This document shows positions 47,635 to 58,035 of a DNA stretch of 64,000 bases, piece after piece. The number at the start of each line of letters is the position of its first letter. Position 1 is the stretch's first letter. The stretch spans positions 9,979 through 73,978 of the forward strand of contig JAFQHZ010000009.1 of the NCBI GenBank assembly GCA_017415185.1. The letters are read 5' to 3'. Origin of the DNA: Candidatus Gastranaerophilales bacterium (GTDB lineage Bacteria > Cyanobacteriota > Vampirovibrionia > Gastranaerophilales > Gastranaerophilaceae). A program made the translations under genes and the position numbers. The notes below the pieces were generated by a model. The model was given only the letters and a program-made list of their open reading frames with translations. It made no database searches and had not been told where the DNA came from.

Positions 47635-49506
47635 TTACCTATTTGTGGTGAATATGTTTTTTATTCTATCTTTGATTGTCGGTTTGTAGCCTTCGATTAT
47701 TTTTAGGATTTCATTTTGGTTTGGGATATTTTTGGCGTAGATGTTGTGGAGTTTGTTGCCTAGTTGTTTTATTCTTTCGTCGTATTCAAAACCTTGGCTT
47801 TTAAAATCTTTTCTTGTATCGCCGCCTTCTTTTTTATTTATTAAATTCGTTTGAAAAATTTTTTCAATTTTTTCAAAAGATAACGTTTCTAAAAAATTTT
47901 CTATTTCAAAATATATTATTTTAGAATATTTCTTTTCTATGATTTCTTGTATTTTTTCTTTTGGTGTATTTGTGTAATATAGTTTGAAGTATTTTAGGTA
48001 GGCTTGGTAGAGGTGGAGCATAGCGTCCATTTTTTTATTTTGAGAACGCATACAATAAATCGCAATAAGACCTTTTAAAAATTTTTTAACATATTTTTTC
48101 TTATCTAACAAAACCGAACATAAAAATCCAAAATGATAATCTAATACATCCAAACCAGAAACGGCTAACGGCTCAGAAAAAACAATATATTTAAAATATT
48201 CAAATAATTCTTCAAGTTCCAAATTAAAATCAATTTTATTCTTAAAACAAGTTTTGCATTTATAATAATTTGTTAATGTTTCAATATAATTTTGTTTAAC
48301 TACAAGCGGATTTGAAAATTCTCCAGCATAAATTGCAACTGTTGGAAATCCAAGAAAAGAATAATTTCTAATGTAAATATCATCAGTATATTCTAAAATC
48401 TTTTTAGATAATTTATTAAATAATTTTTTATTAGTTAAATTTTCATTACGCAGCCAAGTATTTTCATCAAATTCATAATCAGGAACACTATTTATATTTT
48501 TTTTGATTATTTTATTTTCTTTTTTTATATAATTTTTTTGGCAAAACTGTTCAGCTACCATTTTTCCTGCAGACGTACTATATATACTATGCAAATATTT
48601 TGCTTTTTCTCGAAATTCACTAAAACGCTCTACTCCTTGTAAAAATTCAGTCAAAGTTCGCTCAATTGCAATTTGCAAATATGGATGTGCGCCAAAACGC
48701 ACCAAGTAACCATTTTTTTTATATAGCTTATCTTCCATAAACGCACAAGCTGCACATAGACCTTCTCCTAATGATGCATCCTTTAAAATTACCTTATAGC
48801 CTAATTTTTCTATTTCTTTAATTAATCCTATGATATTTTCATATTGTTCATAGTATTCTTTTGGAATATTTGGCATTGATATTTTATTAATAAATACTTG
48901 TTTGCAGCAATACCTTTCTATTATTTCACTCAGCGCTTGCGTGCAAGCTTCTTCGAATGTGTTTCCTGCGGCATGTCCATTTGAATTTTGCAAAAAATGT
49001 ATTAAAAGCATAGGCAAATATTCAATTTTTTTATTTTTATACGAAACTAATGGAACAACGGGGGTCTGATTTTGTTTAATTTTAGACAACGAATCCAAAT
49101 AAAATTTTAAATCAACGCTTTGAACAATTTTATTAAAATCATACAAAGCAATATTTAAGGACTCTAAATGATTTGAAAATAAAGTATTTTTGAGAAAATC
49201 AACATCTAAAATCTTTTCATCAGGATCAAATTTGAATTTATCTCCAAAAAAAGGAAGTAGAAAATGGGTTTGCAAATATTCAATAAATTCCGCATATCCA
49301 CTTGCCAAAGAATTTTCATAACTTGTTCCTTTGCCTGTTGTTTCAATATTTTCTTTGCAATTTTTTATTTTTACAGCAACCGAAAAATACTTTTCGCCAC
49401 TTCCAATGTTTGAAACTTCTGTCTCAATCCCGCATTTTTCCAATTTTTCTTTTATCTTTTTAACAGTTTTTTTAGGTTTTTCGTCTTTTTTAATACTGTA
49501 TTTCAT
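47635..49506 (-). CDS. YcaO-superfamily protein, paralog B (623 aa)
   Basis: It has TGKGTSYENSLASGYAEFIEYLQT and SNGHAAGNTFEEACTQALSEIIERY. A 3-nt gap separates it from paralog A. Confidence 0.8.
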   Translation of the reverse strand: MKYSIKKDEKPKKTVKKIKEKLEKCGIETEVSNIGSGEKYFSVAVKIKNCKENIETTGKGTSYENSLASGYAEFIEYLQTHFLLPFFGDKFKFDPDEKILDVDFLKNTLFSNHLESLNIALYDFNKIVQSVDLKFYLDSLSKIKQNQTPVVPLVSYKNKKIEYLPMLLIHFLQNSNGHAAGNTFEEACTQALSEIIERYCCKQVFINKISMPNIPKEYYEQYENIIGLIKEIEKLGYKVILKDASLGEGLCAACAFMEDKLYKKNGYLVRFGAHPYLQIAIERTLTEFLQGVERFSEFREKAKYLHSIYSTSAGKMVAEQFCQKNYIKKENKIIKKNINSVPDYEFDENTWLRNENLTNKKLFNKLSKKILEYTDDIYIRNYSFLGFPTVAIYAGEFSNPLVVKQNYIETLTNYYKCKTCFKNKIDFNLELEELFEYFKYIVFSEPLAVSGLDVLDYHFGFLCSVLLDKKKYVKKFLKGLIAIYCMRSQNKKMDAMLHLYQAYLKYFKLYYTNTPKEKIQEIIEKKYSKIIYFEIENFLETLSFEKIEKIFQTNLINKKEGGDTRKDFKSQGFEYDERIKQLGNKLHNIYAKNIPNQNEILKIIEGYKPTIKDRIKNIFTTNR

Positions 49507-49514
49507 AAAATAAC

Positions 49515-51353
49515 CTATCTGGCAAATTTCTTTATTATTTTGTCTTTCAAACTAATTTTATAGTCATCAAACATTTCGAGTAATACTTTTTGTTTTGGAA
49601 TATTTTTTTCATACATTAAAGTAAGTTTTTTGCCTATTTTTTCAAGCTCAACATCTTTGGATGCTTCCAGAACAGGCGCAATTTTTTTTATTTCTTCTTC
49701 TATTTTCTCTTTTATTTTATCTTCATTGAGGGATTCTAGGGTTTTTATTATTTCAAGATATATTATTTTAGAATATTTCTTTTCTATGATTTCTTGTATT
49801 TTTTCTTTTGGTGTATTTGTGTAATATAGTTTGAAGTATTTTAGGTAGGCTTGATAAAGATGTAAAGTGGTGTCAGTTATTTTAGATTGAGAATAAATAC
49901 AAAGCGTTCCAATTATTGCATTTGCAAACTTTTTAATATACTTTTTATTTTGCAAAAAAACCGCACAAAGAAAACCGAAATAATGAAACTCTGTTTTTTC
50001 AAAATAACTTGTAATCAATGGTCTTTCAAAAATAACGAATTTAAAAATTTCAAATAACTCTTCTATTCCATTATTTTTTATTTCCTCTTTTGTAAATCTC
50101 ATAAACTGATGATATTTTTTTAATTTTTTAAAATAATTTTTGTCTATTATCAAAGGGTTAGAAAATTCTCCAGCATAAATAGCAACTGTTGGAAATCCAA
50201 GAAAAGAATAATTTCTGATATAAATATCATCAGTGTGTTTTAAAACAAGTTTAGCTAAATTATTAAACATTACTTTGTTGCTAACATCTTCATCAAACAA
50301 CCAATTATTTTTATCAAACTTATATTTGCAATTATCAGATAAAATTTTTTCTATTGTTTTGTTTGTTCTTTTAAAAAATCTTTTTTTATAAACTTGCTCT
50401 GCTAAAATTTTTTTCGTTGTTGAACTATAAATACTATGAATATACTTTGCATGTTTTCTAAACTCTTCAAATTGATTATTCCCTTGCAAAAATTCAGTTA
50501 ATGTTCTCTCAAGAGCAATTGGAAAATATGGATGAGTACCAAATCTAAAAGTTACTCCATTTTTTAAATTTTTTAAATCTTCAACTATAACGCAAACTGT
50601 TGGAAAATTTTTACCCAAAGAAGCATCTTTCAGAATTACCTTATAACCTAATTTTTCTATTTCTTTAATTAATCCTATGATATTTTCATATTGTTCATAG
50701 TATTCTTTTGGAATATTTGGCATTGATATTTTATTTAAAAAAACTTGTTTATAACAATATCTTTCAACAATCTCGCTTAGCCCCTGAAGTGAGGCTTCTT
50801 CAAACGTATTACCTGCCGCAAGGCCAGTACTGCCTTGTAAAAATTGCGCCAAAAATAATGAAATATCGATGATTTTTTTTTGTTTATATGAAGCAAAAGG
50901 AATAATAGGCAGATTATCAGTTCCTAATTTTTCAAAAATTAATGGATTATATTTAATTTTTGAAAACATAATTGCTTTATAAGCGTTCTCGATCGATATA
51001 CCTTTTTTTTTAAATTCTTTTATAACAATTTCTTCATTATTTGAATGAATATTAATAATTTTTTCATCAGGAGCAGAACAAAATTTTTCTTCATGAAATG
51101 GAATCAAAAAATTAGTCTGCAATCTTTCCATAAATTCAGCATAACCACTTGCAAGCGCATTAATTGGACAAGAGCCTTTGCCATTTGTGCCTATTTTTTC
51201 ATTAACATTTTTCAAATGAACATATGCGGACAAAGAATATTTTTCACAACCAGTCTCCACAACAGCAGTTTCAATACCATTCTTTTTCAGAATTTTCTGT
51301 ATTCTTTTAACAGTATTTTCAGGCTTATCGTCTTTTTTGATACTATACTGCAT
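49515..51353 (-). CDS. YcaO-superfamily protein, paralog C (612 aa)
   Basis: It has TNGKGSCPINALASGYAEFMERLQT and STGLAAGNTFEEASLQGLSEIVERY. An 8-nt gap separates it from paralog B. Confidence 0.8.
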   Translation of the reverse strand: MQYSIKKDDKPENTVKRIQKILKKNGIETAVVETGCEKYSLSAYVHLKNVNEKIGTNGKGSCPINALASGYAEFMERLQTNFLIPFHEEKFCSAPDEKIINIHSNNEEIVIKEFKKKGISIENAYKAIMFSKIKYNPLIFEKLGTDNLPIIPFASYKQKKIIDISLFLAQFLQGSTGLAAGNTFEEASLQGLSEIVERYCYKQVFLNKISMPNIPKEYYEQYENIIGLIKEIEKLGYKVILKDASLGKNFPTVCVIVEDLKNLKNGVTFRFGTHPYFPIALERTLTEFLQGNNQFEEFRKHAKYIHSIYSSTTKKILAEQVYKKRFFKRTNKTIEKILSDNCKYKFDKNNWLFDEDVSNKVMFNNLAKLVLKHTDDIYIRNYSFLGFPTVAIYAGEFSNPLIIDKNYFKKLKKYHQFMRFTKEEIKNNGIEELFEIFKFVIFERPLITSYFEKTEFHYFGFLCAVFLQNKKYIKKFANAIIGTLCIYSQSKITDTTLHLYQAYLKYFKLYYTNTPKEKIQEIIEKKYSKIIYLEIIKTLESLNEDKIKEKIEEEIKKIAPVLEASKDVELEKIGKKLTLMYEKNIPKQKVLLEMFDDYKISLKDKIIKKFAR

Positions 51354-51375
51354 GGCATTCCTCAGTATATAGTCA

Positions 51376-52206
51376 TTAATTTACTAATTTGAATATTTGA
51401 TTACAGATATTGAATGTTTTTTCACAACTATCTAATGGTAACATGTTATCGCCATCGCAAAGAGCATGTTCTGGGTCTGGGTGAATTTCAAAAAATAAAA
51501 CTTTCGCACCAGCCGCAACAGCAGATTTCGCCAAAAGTTCAACAAATCTTCTCTCACCCGAGGAAGAACCACCATGTCCACCCGGAATTTGCACACTATG
51601 CGTCGCATCAAAACACATTGGATATCCCAAATCTTCTTGAGTTATTGCAACAGAGCGCATATCAACAACAAGGTTATTATAGCCAAAGCTTGTTCCTCTA
51701 TCGGTGATTATAATTTTATCATTTCCAGAATCAGAAACTTTTTTTGCTATTGATTTCATTTGATATGGCGACAAAAATTGTCCTTTTTTAATATTAACAA
51801 TTTTTCCAGTTTTAGCTGCTGCAACCAATAAATCTGTTTGTCTGCATAAAAAAGCCGGAATTTGAATTATATCAGCAACTTTTGCAGTGGGTTCTGCTTG
51901 CCAAGATTCGTGGATATCAGTAACTATTGGAACATTTAATTCTTTTTTAACTCGTGCTAAAATTTCAAGCCCTTCTTCCATGCCCAAACCACGATATGAA
52001 TCCAAAGAAGAACGATTGGCCTTATCGAAAGAAGTTTTAAAAACAAAATTAATATCTAAACGTTCACAAATTTCTTTTAATTTTTTAGCGGTTTTTAATG
52101 ATATTTCCTCTGATTCCATAGCGCAAGGACCCGCTAAAATTGTTAATTTATCCCCTGCAATTTCAAAATTGTTTAATTCTATTGTTTTCATAAGAATATT
52201 ATACAA
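51376..52206 (-). CDS. kdsA: 3-deoxy-8-phosphooctulonate (KDO-8-P) synthase
   Basis: It has the KdsA signatures LAGPCAMESEE and FKTSFDKANRSS and is 276 aa. It is embedded in the YcaO array on the same strand. Confidence 0.92.
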   Translation of the reverse strand: MYNILMKTIELNNFEIAGDKLTILAGPCAMESEEISLKTAKKLKEICERLDINFVFKTSFDKANRSSLDSYRGLGMEEGLEILARVKKELNVPIVTDIHESWQAEPTAKVADIIQIPAFLCRQTDLLVAAAKTGKIVNIKKGQFLSPYQMKSIAKKVSDSGNDKIIITDRGTSFGYNNLVVDMRSVAITQEDLGYPMCFDATHSVQIPGGHGGSSSGERRFVELLAKSAVAAGAKVLFFEIHPDPEHALCDGDNMLPLDSCEKTFNICNQIFKLVN

Positions 52207-52240
52207 TAATTAATCAAAATAAAAAAGAAAAACGCTTAAA

Positions 52241-54064
52241 TTATTGGAATATGTTTTTTATTCTATCTTTGATTGTTGGTTTGTAGCCTTCGATTATTTT
52301 TAGAATTTCATTTTGGTTTGGAATGTTTTTGGCGTAGATGTTATGGAGTTTATTGCCTAGTTGTTTTATTCTTTCGTCGTTGAAGATGTTGGGTTGTTTT
52401 TGGGTGTTGTTTATTTCGTCTGATATCATTTGTTTTATTTTATCTTCATTGAGGGATTCTAGGGTTTTTATTATTTCAAGATATATTATTTTAGAATATT
52501 TCTTTTCTATGATTTCTTGTATTTTTTCTTTTGGTGTATTTGTGTAGTATAGTTTGAAGTATTTTAGGTAGGCTTGGTAGAGGTGGAGTCTAGTATCTGT
52601 ATTTTTAGAACTAGATTGAACACAACAAGCTCCTATGATAACATTAAGGAATTTTTTGATGTATTTTTTGTTGTTGAGGAGGATAGAAGCGTAAAAGCCC
52701 AAAGAATAGTCTTTTATTTCAGAAAAATATGCATTTCCTGACAATCTTTCAAAACCTGCAAATTTACAAGCCTCAAACACGTCAAAAATTAAAAAATCTT
52801 GGATAGTTTTTCTATATCTATACATTTTTTTCATTTTTTTAAAAATATCATTAGAATACACCATAGGATCAGAAAATTCATATGCATAAATTGAAACTGT
52901 TGGAAATCCAAGAAAAGAACAATTTCTGATATAAATGTCGTCAGTGTGCTTTAAGACAAGTTTAGCTAGGTTATTAAACATTGTTTTGTTGTCTATTTCT
53001 TCATTGAATAGCCAAGTATCTTTGTTAAATTCATAATCTGGTTTATTTGTTAGGATTTTTTTAATATGTTGATTTGTTTTTTTGAGGAATTTTCTCTTTT
53101 TTAATTGTTCAATAATAATTTTTGGAACAGAAACGCAATTAATATTGTGTAAATATTTTGCTTTTTTTCTATATTCATCAAAACCACTATTACCTTGCAA
53201 AAATTCAGTCAAGCTACGCTCTAGCGCAATTGGGAAATATGGATGAGCACCAAATTTGAATACTACTCCATTTTTAGGGTAAATTTTGTCTTCAAATATT
53301 GCACATATTACTGGGAAATTGTTGCCTAATGATGCATCTTTAAGTGTTACGCTATATCCTAAGTTTTCTATTTCCTTAATTAATCCTATGATATTTTCAT
53401 ATTGTTCATAGTATTCTTTTGGAATATTTGGCATTGATATTTTTTTAACAAAGATTTGCTTGGCACAATATCTTTCAATAACTTCACTCAACCCTTGAAC
53501 AGAAGCTTCTTCAAATGTATTACCAGCAGCGAAGCCATTTGAGCATTGAAGAAATCTTTGCAATAATAAGGGAATATATTCGATTTTTTTATTTTTATAC
53601 GAAACAAAAGGCGCAGTAAAAGTTTTATTTTCATCTACTTTATCAAACGCTCCTTCGCAAGATTTTGAGCGAGCCAATTTGGAAATTTCAAATATTTCTT
53701 CAATATTTGTATTAAATTTTTTTAAATGAATATTTAAAGAATTATCACAAAGATTTTTTATATTTTCAATTTTTTCATCAGATTCAAAATTAAATTTCTC
53801 CCCACAAAAAGGAATAAGAAAATTCGTCTGCAATCTTTCCATAAATTCAGCATAGCCACTGGCAAGACAATTAATTTCATTCGCACCCTTGCCATTTGCA
53901 TTAATATCATTATCAAAATCACGAAACTTAATAACAGAAGAAGAATGAAATTCGCCAGTTTCAAGTCTAGCGACTTCAGTATAAACTCCATATTTATCAA
54001 GAATCTTTTTTATTCTTTTAACAGTGTTTTCTGGTGTTTCGTCTTTTTTTATACTGTATTTCAT
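52241..54064 (-). CDS. YcaO-superfamily protein, paralog D (607 aa)
   Basis: It has ANGKGANEINCLASGYAEFMERLQT and SNGFAAGNTFEEASVQGLSEVIERY. It is the first gene of the co-directional array. Confidence 0.8.
   Translation of the reverse strand: MKYSIKKDETPENTVKRIKKILDKYGVYTEVARLETGEFHSSSVIKFRDFDNDINANGKGANEINCLASGYAEFMERLQTNFLIPFCGEKFNFESDEKIENIKNLCDNSLNIHLKKFNTNIEEIFEISKLARSKSCEGAFDKVDENKTFTAPFVSYKNKKIEYIPLLLQRFLQCSNGFAAGNTFEEASVQGLSEVIERYCAKQIFVKKISMPNIPKEYYEQYENIIGLIKEIENLGYSVTLKDASLGNNFPVICAIFEDKIYPKNGVVFKFGAHPYFPIALERSLTEFLQGNSGFDEYRKKAKYLHNINCVSVPKIIIEQLKKRKFLKKTNQHIKKILTNKPDYEFNKDTWLFNEEIDNKTMFNNLAKLVLKHTDDIYIRNCSFLGFPTVSIYAYEFSDPMVYSNDIFKKMKKMYRYRKTIQDFLIFDVFEACKFAGFERLSGNAYFSEIKDYSLGFYASILLNNKKYIKKFLNVIIGACCVQSSSKNTDTRLHLYQAYLKYFKLYYTNTPKEKIQEIIEKKYSKIIYLEIIKTLESLNEDKIKQMISDEINNTQKQPNIFNDERIKQLGNKLHNIYAKNIPNQNEILKIIEGYKPTIKDRIKNIFQ
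52254..52684. repeat. ~431-bp near-identical direct repeat (copy 2; partner at 45812-46242)
   Basis: See copy 1. Further A/D near-identical blocks lie at about 46441-46660 / 52871-53090 and about 46760-47140 / 53190-53570. Confidence 0.85.
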
Positions 54065-54138
54065 AATTGTTAAGTTATATAGTTTTACACAATTTTATTA
54101 TATAATATTTATTGGAGCAAGAAAAGCGAGGAAAAATT

Positions 54139-55197
54139 ATGTGTGCAGCACCAATTGATGAAAAAGAATTGCAAGCCATTCAAGAAGGCAAAAATAAAGC
54201 GTTAAAATTAGCTTTAGATAAAATTGAAAAAGATTTCGGCAAAGGCTCAATTATGCGTCTTGGCGATAAAACAAGTGTTGATTGCGAATGCATTCCAACA
54301 GGAGCATTGGCGCTCGATATCGCTCTTGGCATAGGCGGTGTTCCTAGAGGAAGAATTATTGAAATTTATGGACCTGAAGCTTCTGGTAAAACCACTCTTG
54401 CTCAACATATTGTTGCAAATGCACAAAAAAAGGGTGGAATTGCAGCATATATTGACGCAGAACACGCACTAGACCCAGAATATGCAAGAAATCTTGGTGT
54501 AGATATTGACCAATTGTTAATTTCACAACCCGACACAGGAGAACAAGCTCTTGAAATCGCAGAAGAATTAGTTCGCTCAGGCGCAATTGACGTTGTTGTT
54601 GTGGATTCTGTTGCGGCATTAGTTCCAAAAGCAGAAATCGAAAAAGCAATGGACGAACAACAAATGGGGCTTCAAGCTCGTTTAATGTCTAAAGGCTTAA
54701 GAAAACTAACCGCAATCGTTGCAAAAACCAATACAACAGTGATTTTCATTAACCAATTAAGACAAAAAATCGGCATTATGTTTGGAAATCCTGAAACAAC
54801 AACAGGCGGACAAGCATTAAAATATTATTCTTCCGTGCGTTTAGACATAAGAAGATGTGACAGCGTTAAAAACAAAGATAACGAAGATATTGGAAACAGA
54901 GTTCGTGTAAAAGTTGCAAAAAACAAAGTAGCTCCTCCATTCAAAGTTTGCGAATTTGATATTATTTATGGAAAAGGCATTTGCGCATTAGGCAATATTA
55001 TTGATGTTGCAGTTAATTACAACATTATCAAAAAAGCAGGTGCTTGGTTTAGCTATAACGATGAAAAACTTGGACAAGGAAGAGAAAAAGCAAAAGAATT
55101 TTTAGAACAAAATACTGAAATTCTTGCTGAAATCGAAACAAAAGTTAGAGAAAAAATAGCAAAGAAAAATCAACCAATTCAAGAGGAAGAAAAATAA
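54139..55197 (+). CDS. recA: recombinase RecA
   Basis: It has Walker [12 protein letters not shown] and family-wide conservation. The start is set to ATG 54139, behind a GCGAGGA RBS, rather than the TTG at 54112. Confidence 0.95.
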   Translation: MCAAPIDEKELQAIQEGKNKALKLALDKIEKDFGKGSIMRLGDKTSVDCECIPTGALALDIALGIGGVPRGRIIEIYGPEASGKTTLAQHIVANAQKKGGIAAYIDAEHALDPEYARNLGVDIDQLLISQPDTGEQALEIAEELVRSGAIDVVVVDSVAALVPKAEIEKAMDEQQMGLQARLMSKGLRKLTAIVAKTNTTVIFINQLRQKIGIMFGNPETTTGGQALKYYSSVRLDIRRCDSVKNKDNEDIGNRVRVKVAKNKVAPPFKVCEFDIIYGKGICALGNIIDVAVNYNIIKKAGAWFSYNDEKLGQGREKAKEFLEQNTEILAEIETKVREKIAKKNQPIQEEEK

Positions 55198-55205
55198 ATT
55201 TAAAA

Positions 55206-55230
55206 GGACTGCTAAATGCAGTCCTTTTTT
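55206..55230 (+). terminator. rho-independent terminator after recA
   Basis: The hairpin GGACTGC-taaat-GCAGTCC is followed by T6. Confidence 0.75.
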
Positions 55231-55240
55231 ATATTTTAGT

Positions 55241-55427
55241 CTAAGTTCGCTCGACTAACGTCGGCTCCTTGTCTTTCGGGTTATCCGCCTGAGCAAATTA
55301 AAATTTGCACGTCGGCTATCTAAGGTCTTCGTGCTTTGCGCTTGCTCTACGCAACCGCATTCGCACTTCGCACAGCAGGTCCCTCAAGGCGTTCGCTCGA
55401 CTAGCGTCGGCTCCTTGCCTTTCGGGT

Positions 55428-55430
<3 letters not shown>
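55241..55430. repeat. GC-rich intergenic element bounded by a 39-bp imperfect direct repeat
   Basis: GTTCGCTCGACTAACGTCGGCTCCTTGTCTTTCGGGTTA (55245-55283) matches GTTCGCTCGACTAGCGTCGGCTCCTTGCCTTTCGGGTTT (55391-55429). The 107-bp core between them contains the hairpin GCAAATTaaAATTTGC and a third CGTCGGCT. Composition is far more GC-rich than the flanks. No ORF is present. Confidence 0.6.
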
Positions 55431-57272
<1,842 letters not shown>

Positions 57273-57365
57273 TTATATCTCTCCTTTAAAATATATTTTT
57301 CCTTATGACATTAAAATAACATTGTTTTTTTGAATTCTTTAAAAAATAAACAATTTCTTAATTAT

Positions 57366-57995
57366 TTAACCCAATTTTCCATGTTCATCAGAGCCGCCTG
57401 TTTTAATGAGGTTATATTTTTCTGCTAATTTAAACGGCAATTTTCGAGAAGAAAATTTAACAATCCCTCTAAATCTATCATAAGGGTAATAAACCTCAAT
57501 CCCATCCAACCCAAAATCAACCAAATGCGAAACAAAATTATCCAAATTAAAAACATTACAACAACAAGGATGAGCCAAAACAGCAATTCCTCCTGCATCA
57601 TGAATTGCTTCAATAACTTTTTTAGGGTGTCTTGATTTGAACAATCTTATTAAATCATTTTTTTGTTCTTTTTCATTTTTTGCACAAAGATTATTTATTT
57701 TTTCATTTTCAATATCTATTCCATACCCTAAAATATGCAATAAAGACATTTTATAAATGCAATCAAATTCAACTCCTTTAATCAAAATTGAATCATTTTT
57801 ATATTTTGTTTGTTTATGTCCCAAAATGCAATTGTGGTCGGTAATTGCAATATATTTCATATTTAATTTTTTAGCTTGCTCAACTAAAGAATCAAATTCT
57901 TGTTCGCCATCAGAAAAATTTGAATGTATATGCAAATTTATTTTTGTAAAAAAATCTTCTTTATTAAAATTTAAAAATAGCTCTTTTATATCCAT
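57366..57995 (-). CDS. PHP-domain (polymerase/histidinol phosphatase-like) metal-dependent phosphoesterase
   Basis: It has INLHIHSNFSDGE at the N-terminus, then AITDHN, then LAHP, and C-terminal GGSDEHG. The start is moved to ATG 57995 because the track's 71-aa N-terminal extension overlaps the divergent gene. Confidence 0.75.
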   Translation of the reverse strand: MDIKELFLNFNKEDFFTKINLHIHSNFSDGEQEFDSLVEQAKKLNMKYIAITDHNCILGHKQTKYKNDSILIKGVEFDCIYKMSLLHILGYGIDIENEKINNLCAKNEKEQKNDLIRLFKSRHPKKVIEAIHDAGGIAVLAHPCCCNVFNLDNFVSHLVDFGLDGIEVYYPYDRFRGIVKFSSRKLPFKLAEKYNLIKTGGSDEHGKLG

Positions 57996-58035
57996 AACAA
58001 TAATAGTATAATTCAAGAAAAACGGAAAAGAAAAA

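Noticed and set aside
50873-51011. Two A9/T9 homopolymer runs inside YcaO paralog C (50873-50881 and 51003-51011), considered as potential slipped-strand phase-variation sites.
   Set aside because: They encode Lys runs in a Lys-rich protein from an AT-rich genome, and similar runs occur in housekeeping genes here. Without population or read-level length variation there is no support.
45796-54111. A search for a RiPP precursor peptide or small ORF within or beside the YcaO array, including the plus-strand track ORFs 47419-47706, 49331-49513, 49630-49824, 51045-51392, 52338-52547 and the minus-strand out-of-frame ORF 53758-54000.
   Set aside because: Intergenic gaps are only 3-47 bp. The listed plus-strand ORFs are antisense to confidently assigned genes, and 53758-54000 lies out of frame inside paralog D. 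They are low-complexity (Phe/Ile/Ser/Leu-rich, as expected from reading AT-rich coding DNA in the wrong frame) and lack ribosome-binding sites.
54112-54138. A TTG start for recA at 54112.
   Set aside because: ATG 54139 is preceded by a GAGGA-type RBS at suitable spacing and gives a RecA N-terminus of normal length. The extra 9 residues are not conserved-looking.
54065-54138. An SOS (LexA) box upstream of recA, and CIRCE/HrcA operators upstream of dnaK (57270-57365) and hsp20 (30206-30308).
   Set aside because: I could not find a convincing CTGT-N8-ACAG, CGAAC-N4-GTTCG or RGTAC-N3-DGTWC palindrome, nor TTAGCACTC-N9-GAGTGCTAA. Only weak AT-rich imperfect inverted repeats are present, and these are expected by chance in this composition.
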